A DNA stretch of 64,000 bases from Anthoceros angustus (lineage: Eukaryota > Plantae > Anthocerotophyta), in NCBI GenBank assembly GCA_010909165.1, contig VJWM01000063.1, forward strand, positions 372,001 through 436,000, given 5' to 3'. Under the pieces are notes generated by a model. It was not told the DNA's origin, did not search any database, and was given only the letters and a program-made list of their open reading frames with translations. Position 1 is the first letter of the stretch, and every line of letters begins with the position of its first letter. The translations under genes were made by a program, and so were the position numbers. Below, piece after piece: positions 41,708 to 54,530 of this stretch.

Positions 41708-44700
41708 GTGCATCACTTCAATCAATCAAGATGGGACCGCTTCAATCAACCACTGCCATCAACCGCCCACGACAACCATGTCCACCACTGCCGGTGGTGG
41801 TCACCACCAAGCAACCTTACCTGCTAGGAGAGGAGAAGGGTATGAGGATCCGATGAATTTGTTGAGCGCTTTGAGCAGCTTGACATTTGCAAACCAGAAG
41901 TGATGCACATGATTCAAATTGCTCTATGGAGTTCTTCGGGCGGTCCAAAGTGGCATGCGAGTACCCTGTCGCCCACACCCCCAACCACCTTTGAAGAATT
42001 GAAGAATGCCTTCTCGTGAGAGGTTTAGGGGATTGACATGGAGGCTACGTGTTGTCCAAGCTTGAGAGGTTACAAGAGAGAGGAAGGAAACCTTGCAAGC
42101 GTATGTTGAGAGGTTTCACACGTGATCATAGTGGTCCTCATTCGGGCAGTGCGGTGGTTCGCTAAAGGCCTGGGTTCTAAGATGGGGAGACACGTGGTGG
42201 CAAGCGGAGAAGAATTTGGGCAAGGCTATCAAGGCGGCTAAATTACGAGGAATCTAACTCGCAGGAGATGAAGAAGGCTAAGAAGACAGAAGAAGTCCAA
42301 AACGGGAAAAAGAAAGGGATTCCTCATCGCCTGAGAAGTTCCTCAGAGAGGAAAGCTCCTCAGAAGATTCCCCAGAGGATTCCATGGAGGAAGAAACGAG
42401 TGACAGCTCGGAGGAAGATTCGTCAGATGAGGAGCACGCCAGGAGGAAAAAGAAGAAATCAAGGGGTGAAGTGGAAGGGAAGAAGAGCCGCGTGCGGGGG
42501 AACAAAGAGCTGGCGAGGGCGAAACAAGAGGCGTTGTATGCAAAAAAAGATGCGGAGCAAGCAAGGAGGGAGGCGAGGCGGCAACCAAGAAAGTGGAACA
42601 ACACAGAAGTGGAGGCGAGAGGGCAAACCCAATTCAAGAGGGGAAGACGAGATGGCCTCGAATGAGAAGGGAGAAAGAGCTTCAGACGATCCGAAATTTG
42701 TGAGTATCGGCACCGCCAAATTCCTCAAAACCTCTCTAAGGTACAAAGAACCTGTCCATTACTCGCGACCGTCGTAGACACAAGACCAAGTTATATCGAA
42801 TGGGACCGGACGGTAACAACGGTTATGGCGGCGAAAGGATGGGATTCCGTCGTGGTCCCGGAGGTTTTCCACAATGGTTCCATCCAAGCAGATTTGAATG
42901 TCGCCTTTGCCAACCGAGTTGGTTGGCGAGTTGAAAAGTATTATCAATAAGTTGGCGAGGACGCCAACAAATGAGAAGGGAGTATGTGGAAGACCACATG
43001 TACACTAACCCTCCCCGACTATTGGTTTGAATGTTTTTTGTTTTCTTATGTTTTGTGTGATGGAGTGCTTAGGAAATGTCCGAGGCAAGGCCTTTATACT
43101 AAAATGGTCCTTGGCCCATGACAATATTACTTTTACAAATAATTAGTCCTTGGGCCTCGAACTGAATATCGGCTAGAAGGTCCTTGGACCTTGGGATTTT
43201 AGGAATAAAAATTGTCTATATAAGGTGGGGATCCTTCATTCGAGGGCCCTGTGAACAAGTGGAGACGGCACCTCTGAGAAGTTCAGAAGCTAGCGAGAGG
43301 TATAAGCGGAGAGAGGTGAGGCTAGGGCCGTGGTCAAGAGAGAGGCAAAGAAGGGTAGAGCAACGCACCACCATGCAAACGCACCGTTGGAAGCGGCCAC
43401 GGTGGTGGAGCCACCACCGTCGCCACCACGGTGGTGGAGCCGCCATCGTCGCGGAAGAAGGACCCAAGGTGGGGAAGCCACCGCGGGAGAGGAGGGATGC
43501 AACTCCCTCGAGTTCCGAGCAGCCAGCCCAGGATTGTCCACGGAGCCGGGCATACCCTTCAGTTGTGCTCGAGGAAATGAGCAAGGCGGAGGCTAGAGCA
43601 TGGACGAGGCATGCTTTGGGCATCGGCGATGAGGAGCGAGAAGGGGCGAGGCAGACGGCGCCTCCTAGGAGGAGTGAAGGGACCTCGGATAGCGGGAGTG
43701 AGGTGGAGATATTAAGGGAGGATCTTCGGATCGAGGCGTGGTAGGAGAGCGAGGGAACACCCATGGGCCGCAGGGGCTAGCCAGGCGGAGGCAAGCGCTG
43801 ATTTTAGAGGAGCGGCATCATAGGTCGAGGCTTTCACTTGGATTAGAGGATAAGGTGCTAGGAAGCTTGTGAATTTGTAGATACCGAATTGGTAGGCGCT
43901 TGTGGTAAGTTAGCCATCTTTAACACCGGAGGTAGGTTAGCCATCTTTAGACCGGAAGTGAGCTATGGGCCCTGCGGATGTATAAGAGACCCTTGAGTGT
44001 CTCTCTTAGACAATTTCGGTGTGAGCTCCGTGTCGAATTTGTGCGCGTGGTTGGTTGGAGACATCCGATCGATGATGGGCGATTCGGTGTGCCTCTCGTC
44101 ACAAGAGGGCCGGGAGATCCTGGATGGTCGAGGAGTGACCAAGCTCCGCGTCTGGGGTGACTAGTGGTGAAGGGTGCTCAATGCATGCCGGAGAGGGAAA
44201 TTCCAGGGACCGTGAGATCGCGGTGTGCGAATCGCCTGCCACCTTTTTCCTTTCCCAACCCAGCCTAACCAGATTGTGTCTAATCCCAAGGAGGGGTCTG
44301 TGGCCCAAGAGGTCTGTGTGGCAAGGAGGGGTCTGTGTGGCCCAAGGAGGGGTCTGTGTGGCTGGAGGTCTGTGTGAGGGGTCTGTGGCTGAGAGAGGAG
44401 GATCTGTGGGAACATCTTGTGCGCGGTGGTGTATGAGGTCCTGAAGAAAGGGGTGAGTGAGTCGTTGTGTGAAGAGGAGTCTAGGAAGTGGTGAGCGCGA
44501 GTGGAAAACGCGGAACGCTGAGGAAGGTTGGGAATAAATTATGGGGTCGAGGAAATGCGACGGAGTGAGGTGCGCGACGTGCGTGGCCATGGTGTACATC
44601 CACCGGTGAGCTCGTGTGAATCCACATGAGTGTGACTTGGTGTACATGTGAATCATGTGCATAGGACCATAGCCCTTAACGGGGCGGTGGGGAACCGCGC

Positions 44701-45479
44701 CAAATAGTCGATCGCGGCGCGCGTGCGCGGCGGGTGGGTCCCACCACGGTGGCTGAACCGGCCACCGCGGTGGCAAACCCACCACGGCGGTGGCGGAATC
44801 CACCACGGCGGTGGAATACCACTGCAGCGGTGGTCGAACTTACCATGGTCGTGGGCTGACACGGTAGTTGATTATGGCTGGTAGGAACGATTGTAGGAGG
44901 ACTAGAATCCATAGTTTTTGAACATCTTGACACAAAACCATTCCCTTGGGATCGAATCCTAGGACTATAACGACATAGAGGGTAAATGTGGCCTCTTTGC
45001 GTCTTGGATGCAAAACCCATTCCACATTTTGGCGCCGTTGGGAATGAAACTGTCGATTATAGGAAAGACTAACCATAGCTTAGGTGTCTAGTCTTTGAGT
45101 GTATTTAGTTTGGTAGATGGATGCCACGAGTTGAGTCGATTCGAGGAGTCAAGTCGGGAAGAGAAGCCTCAAGCGAAGCCGGTGGAAAGGTTGAAAAGGG
45201 TTGCGGATCGGGAGTTGAGGAGGACCCAATTGGAGGACGACTTGCTGGAAGGAAGGGAGTAAGGAATCGGGGGATTCGGGGTCCGATCTTGTTGGAGCAA
45301 GATCCCCAATCTCGGTCTTGGACGAGGTACCACGGCCAAGGAACCTTGGTCCAAACTTGTCTTGACCTCTCTTCCAGTGTGTGCATGCGGTCAATCAACC
45401 GCATGGACCGTTCTTGAATCAACCACTTCCAAGAATTACGATAGTCATGTCCACCGTGCGGTGGTGGTCACCACCAAGC

Positions 45480-46630
45480 AACCTTACCTTGTATGGAGAG
45501 GAAAGGGGTATGAGGATCCCATGAATTTGTTGAGCGTTTTGAGCGGTGACATTTGCAAACCAGAATCGGGTGATGCATTCAATGTTCTATGGAGTTCTTC
45601 GGGTCCAAAAGTGGTACGCAGTACCTCAAGTCACCACACCCCAACCACCTTTGAAGAATTGAAGAATGCCTTCTGAGAGGTTTAGGGGATTGACATGGAG
45701 GGCTACGTGTTGTCCAAGCTTGAGAGGTTACAAGAGAGAGGAAGGAAACCTTGCAAGCGTATGTTGAGAGGTTTCACGACCACGTGATCGTAGTGGTCCT
45801 CATTCAGCAACACGGTGGTTCGCTAAAGGCCCGGGTTCTAAGATGGGGAGACACGTAAGGTGGCAAGCGGAGAAGAATTTGGGCAAGGCTATCAAGGCGG
45901 CGCTAAATTACGAGGAATCTAACTCGCAGGAGATGAAGAAGGCTAAGAAGGACAGAAGAAGTCCAAAACGGGAAAAGAAAGGGATTCCTCATCGCCTGGA
46001 GAAAGTTCCTCAGAGAGGAAAGCTCCTCAAGATTCCCCGGAGGATTCCATGGAGGAAGAAACGAGTGACACTTGGAGGAAGATTCACGATGGGGAGCGCC
46101 GGGAGGAAAAGAAGAAATCAAGGGGTGAAGTGGAAGGAAGAAGAGCTGCGTCTGGGAACAAAGAGTCATGAGGCGAAACAAGAGGCGTTGTATGCAAAAA
46201 GATGCGGAGCAAGCAAGGAGGGAGGCGAGGCAACCAAGAAAGTGGAACAACACAGTGGAGGCGAGAGGGCCAGACCCAATTCAAGAGGGGAAGGGGAGGC
46301 AGATGGCCTCGAATGAGAAGGGAGAAAGAGCTTCAAAAACGACGATCCGGAAATTTGTGAGTATCGGCCGCCAAATTCCTCAAAACCTCTCTAAGGTAGA
46401 AGCGTGATGTCCATTACTCGCGACCGTCGTAAGACACAAGACCAAGTTATATCGAATGGGACCGGTAACAACGGTTATGGGCGGAGAGGTGTGGATGGGT
46501 CCGTTCATGGTCCTGGAGGTTTTCCACAATGGTTCCATCCAGCTGCAGTACTTGAATGGGTCGCCTTTGTCAGCCAGAGTTGGTTGACGAGTTGAAAAGT
46601 ATTATCAATAAGTTGGTGAGGACGCCAACA
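45480..46630 (+). pseudogene. Retrotransposon gag relic (second copy at ~41810-42970)
   Basis: WRGKGYEDP..FVERF, TTFEELKNAF, ETLQAYVERF, NLGKAIKAALNYEES across frameshifts; no pol. Confidence 0.75.
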
Positions 46631-48784
46631 AATGAGAAGGGGAGTATGTGGAAGACCACATGTACACTAACCCTCCCCAAGACTGTTGGTTTGAATGTTT
46701 TCTTTGTTTTTCTTACGTTTTGTGTGATGAAGTGCTTAGGAAATGTCCGAGGCAAGGCCTTTTATACTAAAAGTGGTCCTTGGCCCATGACAATATTACT
46801 TTTACAAATAATTAGTCCTTGGGCCTCGAACTGTGAATATCAGGGCTAGAAGGTCCTTGGACCTTGGGATTTTAGGAATAAAATTGTCTATATAAGGTGG
46901 GGATCCTTCATTCAAAGAACAGGGGCCGGAAGAAGTGGACGCCTGCACCTCCGGAGAAGTTCGAAGCTAGCGGAGAGGTATAAGCGGAGAGGTGAGGCTA
47001 GGGCCGGGTCAAGAGGCGGGCAAACGAAGAAGGTAGAGCAACACCGCAGTCAAACAGCCCACCGCTAAGCCACCACCACGGTGGTGGAGCCACCACCGTC
47101 GCAGCAGCCACCAGTGGTGGAGCCGCCATCGTCGCGGAAGAAGGACCCAAGGTGGGGAAGCCACCGTCGAGGAGGGGGAGGATGCAACCCCTCGATTCCG
47201 AGGAAGCAACCAGATTGTCCACGGGAGGCATACCCTTCACAGGTTGTGCTCGAGGAAATGAGCAAGGCGGAGGCTAGAGCATGGATGGAGGAACGCCGCT
47301 TTGGGCTCCAATGAGGAGCGAGGAAGCGTCGGGGCGTGAGCAGACGGCGCCTCCTAGGAGGAGTGAAGGGACCTCGGATAGCGGGAGTGAGGTGGAGATA
47401 TTAAGGGAGGATCTTCGGATCGAGGCGTGGTAGGAGGCGAGGGAACACCCATGGGCCGCGCTAGGCGGCCACAGGCGGAGGCAAGCTGATTTTAGAGGAG
47501 GCGGCATCATAGGTCGAGGCTTTCACTTGGATTAGAGGATAAGGTGCTAGGAAGCTTGTGAATTTGTAGATACCGAATTGGTAGGCGTGGTAGGTTAGCC
47601 ATCTTTAAACACAGGTAGGTTAGCCATCTTTAGACACCGGAAAGTGAGCTATGGGCGCGGCGGATGTATAAGAGACCCTTGAGTGTCTCTCTTGAGACAA
47701 TTTCGTGTGAGCTCCGTGTGTCGAATTTGTGCGCGTGGTTGGTTGGAGACATCCAATCGATGATGGCTGATTCGGTGTCGCCTCGTCACAAGAGGGCCGG
47801 GAGATCCTGGATGGTCGAGAGTGAGTGACCAAGCTCCGTCGGGGTGACTAGTGGTGAAGGGTGCTCAATGCATGCCAGAGAGGGAAATTCCCGGGACCGG
47901 GTGAGATCGCGGGTGTCGAATCGCTGTGGAGCCGACCAGTTTTTCCTTTCCCAACCCCTCTAACAGATTGTGTCTAATCCCAAGGAGTCATGTGGCCCAA
48001 GGAGGTCTGTGTGGCCCGAGGAGGGGTCTGTGGCCCAAGAGAGTGCATGGCTGGGTCTGTGGCCCAAGAGAGGTCATGGCTGAGAGAGGAGGATCTGTGG
48101 GAACATCTTGTGCGGTGGTGTATGAGGTCCGGAAGAAAGGGGTGAGTGAGTCGTTGTGTGAAGAGGAGTCTAGGAAGTGGTGGCGCGAGTCCGGAAAATG
48201 CGGACCGAGGAAGGTTGGGAATAAATTGTGGGGTCGGAGGAAATTACGACGGAGTGAGGTGCGCGCGTGCGTGGCCATGGTGTACATCCACCGTGAGCTC
48301 GGTGTGAATCCACATGAGTGTGACTTGGTGTACATGTGAATCATGTGCATAGGACCATAGCCCTTAGAGCGTGGCGGGAACCGGGCGCCAAATAGTCGAT
48401 CGCGACGGCGTGCGCCGGGTGGGTCCCACCACGGTGGCTGAACCGGCCACCGCGGTGGCCAAACCCCTGCAGTGGCGAATCCACCGGTGGCGAACCCTGC
48501 AGCGGTGGTCGAACTTACCATGGTGGTGGGCTCGGACACAGTAGTTGATTATGGGGTAGGCCGGATTGTAGGAGGACTAGAATCCATAGTTTTGGAACAT
48601 CTTGACACAAAACCATTCCCTTGGGATCGAATCCTAGGACTATAACGACATAGAGGGTAAATGTGGCCTCTTTGCGTCTTCGGATGCAAAAACCCATTCC
48701 ACAATCCCCATGTGCTGTAATATTGTGGCTCATTTATATCAACTTTAGTATGCTGCATATATAGCCATACTACGAATCAGGCAA

Positions 48785-49120
48785 GTGACCCACTGCCGAA
48801 GGCCGAGGAACATACAATGATGAGGTCCTTGGAACCCTATCGTCGACCTAAAACTCTAACTCCTAAACCCAAAGACCAAGGAACTATCTTAATGTTGGGT
48901 AGGCAGCGTTCCGCAGGATAAGATAGATCCAAAGTGCCGAAGGCCAAGGAAATGCAAAAGGTTACCCACTTCCGAAGGCCGAGGAACATACAATGAGGAG
49001 GTCCTTGGAACCCTATCATCGGCCTAAAACCCTAATTCCTGAAACCAAAGACCAAGGAACTATGGGCTCTCCAGGTAAGATTTATCCAAAGTTCAAGGCC
49101 AAGGAAATGCAAAAGGTCGG
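48785..49120. repeat. ~175-bp tandem duplication
   Basis: ccgaaggccgaggaacatacaatga..aggtccttggaaccctatc...aaagaccaaggaacta repeated at ~48795 and ~48972. Confidence 0.8.
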
Positions 49121-49899
49121 TGCTAAGGACCTCAAAAAGGTGATCCCAAATAGACTGAACATCAAGGCCAAGGCCTTCATCGGAAATAAAAGACCTAATC
49201 TCGAGGTAAATTAGTCGCACCAGTCAGCGCCGCTGTCCCGAGATTCCATGGGACCGACTCTTCCTCGGACTCCCATTCTTCAAGCCGGCGAGCACACTCA
49301 TATCCTCGCCCCCGACAGATCGTGAATCAGCAAGTCCCAATTGCTCAACGCAAGATAAGACACAAGAACTTCACATGCCTCACCTTCGTCCCACTGCTCT
49401 CTCCAATGCCAAAGCTCATTTCAAACTTGTCATTCACCACATTCAAAGCATTCACCTCTTCCGTCCAACCTCCAAGGTTGGTTCTTGTGACACAAATTGA
49501 ATCCAAATGTATTTCAATATGATGCAAAGATTCGCTTCCACTTTCTTCGCGGCCACCAACTTCTAAAGCGCAAGACGGTTGCACCCAACAGTTTCTAGGT
49601 ATGCAACTTACCTCACATGCCCCGCATGTCGAGCGACGTTGAATTCATCATAAGTTCCGCAGGCTTAAATGCAAGCCGCATTTCACTTGTCATTAATGAC
49701 CAGCCATACATGTTCAAAAACCTCGCATGGAGCATCCGGGAGGAATAACAATCTTGATATGCGATATTTGCAATTGAAATTAGGGTCCATCCATCACGCA
49801 TCTATTCGTCGCATAAGGCATCTATTTACTTCTCCACATTTGAGACTCTAGCCAACAACAAACATTTCCCCATGTTCGTGGGAATATGGATGCTCATGC

Positions 49900-50592
49900 T
49901 CATGTTACGTCTCGAACTTCTACGTGTCTATGCCGACGAACCTCGCCGTAACGATCACCGGCAAGAATACAAATAAGACTTGTTCCAGTTGAAGTTGATA
50001 GAGAAACCACCACCGGCCGCCGGATACTCGTCCCGTCGGCTCGATGAAGTCGACGCCTGTGGACCGCCGCCCATCTGTGCGATCGCCGAGCCTCAACATC
50101 CTGGTTAATAGCAAACCACAACCGGGGGGCCCTCGAAAGTGATCCCACTTGCGCACCCTCGGATCTTGTTCTCAGGCTTGTAGTGCTCACTTCGTGAATA
50201 ATTGCATCTTCGGCAAACTGGCCGATACTCTCTGCCTCGGATACCTCTAGGTACCAAGAAAAGCTGGTGTCAACCCGCCTAGGCATCCAAACTGGCCCGA
50301 GTGTGACGTTGATGGAAACCTGCACCTCCTCTCCACCAACTAACAGTCCCAGCAGCCCCTCCCTCACGGGAGTATCATTGGAAGAAAGAATAGGGTCCTC
50401 CACCTGGATAGTTTGCACATGCATCCAAGGCGGGAGGACCCTATATCGCTCCGCGATCCTCCGGGCGTCCTGCTCCTCAGAACGAGGAAGTTCCCGATCT
50501 GACTCCACTCCACCCATACAACGGGATACTTGTATCACTCGTGCGCCAGTAGGCCCGGGATTTGTGGGTGTGATGTCCATCTTCGCACGCAA
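49900..50592 (-). CDS. Hypothetical cargo protein of the giant transposon (may continue in pieces to ~49300)
   Basis: 230-codon ORF with protein-like composition, head-to-head with the transposase. No motif recognised. Confidence 0.4.
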   Translation of the reverse strand: MRAKMDITPTNPGPTGARVIQVSRCMGGVESDRELPRSEEQDARRIAERYRVLPPWMHVQTIQVEDPILSSNDTPVREGLLGLLVGGEEVQVSINVTLGPVWMPRRVDTSFSWYLEVSEAESIGQFAEDAIIHEVSTTSLRTRSEGAQVGSLSRAPRLWFAINQDVEARRSHRWAAVHRRRLHRADGTSIRRPVVVSLSTSTGTSLICILAGDRYGEVRRHRHVEVRDVT

Positions 50593-50986
50593 GGGAGACC
50601 CGCGGGAGGCACCTTACCCTAGAAACTGCAGGCACCGGACTATTTTGCCTCAACCGAGTTGAAGGAACAAATACCCTTGCCAAAGACCAAGGGTCGGAAC
50701 CTGCCAGTTCCACCGGGTCAGATGAGCCCTTGAGAGTTAGGGCACCAAAACCTAATCTGAACTTACTAAAAGTAGCATACTGAATGTGTCCTGCCATCAC
50801 CCGCAACTTCCGATGGCCTTCAGTTTGGGAAACACTCCGTGGGGGAAGCGGAGTCGTGGAAACATTATAGAAGAACATCCTAGTGGTAAGCTTTGCTAGA
50901 AGCGATGTATTCTATACTTGTCTTTTGCCCTAACACATAACGTCTTTTTGCAGAAGTATTACCCGTGTGTCTATTCTCCGGAAAGC

Positions 50987-53900
50987 ATGGCAACTCGTCT
51001 AAGGCCAGAGTATTTGTACCTCGTATCAAACAATTAGCTCGACTTGAGACCGACTCAGAGTCTGACAGCCCCCCAACACATGATCACGAACGGCTACAGC
51101 AGCGAAAGTGGCATAATAGGCGGACTACTGGACGGAGAAGGCCGAACTCGGGGAAGACTTTATTCTTAGGAGATAAGCTCGCCCCCTCTGAGGACCAGTC
51201 AGAGCCTAGTTGGGAGCTTCACACCGAGGTTGACGAAGAAAGGGAGAGCACATACCCCGAGAGTGATTCAGAGGACCAAGGGGAAGACAAGAACTCAAAC
51301 AATGAGTCTGAAGATGTAGTGCCAGAGGGCGCATGTGATAGCGAGTGTGAAGTCCAGAGCTCCGGCAAGGACTCTGACAACGTATCACTGCGGAACAGAG
51401 GCCAACAAGACACCCAAAGCCACTAGCTGAAACGTTGCAACAGAATCCTCCACAAAGAAAAGCTCGAAGAATACCGGGACGGGCAGCAGCAAAGAGTGCA
51501 AAACCCAAAGTGAAAAGGGACTGGCTGAAACCATGCTGCCACACATGTGTTTACAGAAGCTTGGAAAGACCAGTATGCAGGATCAGCGATACCGATTTCT
51601 AAACATGGATAGATCCCAGCAGGAGACATATCTGCAATCGCTAATTGTATGGGACAAGGACGATTCCACGGGCCAGAGGGTAAGCAACTATATATTAGGC
51701 GAGGTACGATTCACCCATTTGAGCATTTCGTATTGTAGCATACCTGTATGAGGACTTGAAACATGTGGTTAGAGGCAATATACCTTGGTCGCCGCCATGA
51801 GATTCCGTAGAGGTCCTACTACAACAGTCTCCCGACCGGCTTGATGGGTTGTTCCGAATCTTGCGTAACGCCCAAACGTGGAGGTGTTCAATCTTCCCGA
51901 TACAAAAGGGGAAATCTTTTGGACTATAAGCGACATATGGAGCGAGCAACTGCTAATATTTGCCACTCATACTTTTGCAAACTCGAACAAACACTTTCCG
52001 AGGGTGAAGATTCCAAGTCCAATCGACGAGCGTATGCCACATGTGAAGACCTAAAGAGAGGGATCAAAAATACATGTGCAAACGCAAGGTACACCTCGAT
52101 CCACTATTGACTAACACCATGTGGCATGGTAATGATTGTAAGTCGAAACGTATTTTGTCCGCATGCACCCCCAATCCATCTTTTCCGCCTCCGAGGCGTG
52201 CCTCTGGGATCACAACTTGGGGCAAAGCCCCGCCATCCGCCAAAGAAGCCGACTTCGCTAGGTGCAATGCTAATGCGCCGGACGTCCGCGCAGCTACTGA
52301 ATGTCCCCCAGGGAGCAAATGCTCCTGTGGGCGTGTAGTCCGCGCTGACATCCGCTCTGGCGAGCCGACTCGGCTAAGCGGAGCAATCCCAACGGCCGGA
52401 CGTCCGGCTGGGACATCCGGCTCAGCCGAGCGACTCCAAGTCAGAATCGCCCAACAAGGCCGGACGGCCGAATACAAGTGACTGGCAGGAGCAATGCTCC
52501 CATACGGACGTCCCGCCTAGCTGAGACGAGCTCCGGCCGGACGGCGAGGGCCGGACTCAGCTGGGAGCGCTACCGGACGTCCGGCGCAGTGGTCCCGACG
52601 CCCGGCAGGCTCCTGAGCTGGAGATAGCCTCGCCGGACCGGGCCTGGATGGGAGAAACTTCTCCCAATGCGCCGGACGTCCGGCCACCAAGGCCAAGGCC
52701 GCGCCTAGATGGGAGGATTTGCAGGCGCGGACGTCTGCCCGTGCCAGACTCGCAACCGCATGGGTCCCCGCGCGCTGAAGTCCGGTGGAGCGCGCTACAC
52801 TCCGAGTCCGGGCATGGCCATAGTTCCCCGTGCATCACTTTTGTTTATCACTTTGTGAGAGGCATACCTTTCGAACTATCTTCGTTGTCGAGCCGAGGAG
52901 AATTTAGATTGTCTGGTTCTCTTGTTTTCTGCTCTTTGTTTTCTATCCGCGACGCACTTGGTCTCCGCTACAGGCGAGATCAACGTGTGCATGCCTATTC
53001 GCAGAGAAACTAGAGGAAGACTTGGAGGACCACACTGTGATGCAGTAACGAGCCAAGATGATCAAACATAGAGGAAAATGCTACCGAGCCACACCACTAC
53101 ATAGGTCTCTATTGACGGCATGGATCAACAGAAGACCGGACTTCCGCATCGCCGCCAAAGCAGCTGGACGCTCACCGGTGAATATTCATGTGGTTGGGTG
53201 CATGGTGCACAATTATAATTTGACCACCAAGGTATATCTTACCTTTCCTAACCTTCGTAATGATTCCAATCGACCATCGGATCATCCAGATATCATCCTT
53301 GGGTACGATTTTGAGTGCTTCCAAAAGTGTTGTACTTGCAGCTAGACAACACAATGAGAGAGAACAAGAACCAGCTATTATTTGCTTATTTGAATATGCT
53401 TATCGAGTTGGGCGTTTTGAGAAGATCAAGGTTGGTTTCTTGATGGTTGGACACACGCATGACCAGATCGATCAAATGTTTAGCCGATTTTTGACCGTCC
53501 TGCGGCACAAGGAGGCTTTTACTTTGCCTCAAATGCAGGCAATTTTAGAGAAGGCATATTTTCCGAGACCTCAAGTGAAGTGTCTTATCGAGGTTCGACT
53601 TTAGAAGTTTTGTATGGCCAATCAAGAAAGGGTCCAGAGGATTTGACCGGTTTGTCCGCGTTGAGCAATCAATAATATCTCTTTCCAAAGATCAATTCAA
53701 GATTACAAAAGAAGATCAAGATGGTCATGGGGCCATGCTTATCCAAGCAAAGAGTTCTCCACATCTATACAGGGGAGCCGGAGGACGGCCTTCTCCTCGA
53801 GAAGGATTCCAACCACGACATTCTCGCGGCCTCTAGTTGGTTTACGCCAAAGAGGACACACCGAAAGCAAAAGCGCCTGAATTGTTTTTCAAATTTCGAG

Positions 53901-54530
53901 ACGGTCTCGAGAAAGCATTCGCTTATATCCCGCGAGGACCGGGTTTGGTGGAGCTTGTTCGAAAGACCGAGGCTCGTCCGTGCCTTGATGGAGGGAAGGA
54001 TCTTCCTCTCCACGCCTTGGAGATGGTATGAGGAAAAGTGCGGAGGCCAATAGACAACCCTTCACGCGCGATGTAGTAAGAAGAAGTCGCCTAGGCCGAT
54101 GATGCGAGAGTGATGTACTTGGGACCTTACCAACAAGTAGAGCGACGAGAGAGAAGAAGATGCTTTGAATGGTGATGTGGCCGAGATCCGCCGGAATGAT
54201 GGTTGCCGCTCTTGCGTAAGGGATGTCCAAACCGCCTTCCGATTGCAAGGGTGGATGATGTGGATTTCTGCGACATGCCTTATTTAGAAGCGCATTGGTG
54301 GGTGACGAACCACACCAACGCATTTGAAGGCGTATATGTACCAAGTAAAGATTGGGAGGGATGCTCGATCACCAAGGGAGAAGGCATGGAGGCCGTGGAA
54401 GAGCATGTGTTCAATTAAATGTCCGTAAACTTTTGTTTTTCAAACCGTGATTTTGCTTTACGGCTTTACCCTCACTCGCCTGAAGCAGCTTGAGGAAAGA
54501 GTCTCAAGAGCGATTCGGAAAACCTATTCG
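50987..54530 (+). pseudogene. DDD transposase, Sola-like (DUF7869-type motifs), frameshifted
   Basis: N-terminal PCCHTC/CLQKLG...RYRFLNM...QETYL; NKHFPRVKIP...ATC; catalytic IDGMDQQKTGLPH (53111), VLYLQLDNTMRENKN (~53330), FLMVGHTHDQIDQMFSRF (~53440). Confidence 0.82.

Larger units (their letters stand above)
36470..48703 (+). mobile_element. Non-autonomous Athila-like element with three ~2.05-kb LTRs (36470-38497, 42985-45026, 46647-48703) and two gag-only internal regions
   Basis: LTR ends TGTGGAA...TTCCACA; PBS TGGCGCCGTTG-type after LTR1 and LTR2; PPT GAGAAGGGGAG before LTR2 and LTR3; flanks ATCCT/ATCCC (5-bp TSD, one mismatch). Confidence 0.88.

Noticed and set aside
43184-45020. 150-235-aa ORFs inside the Athila-like LTRs
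   Set aside because: Frames are not conserved among the three LTR copies.
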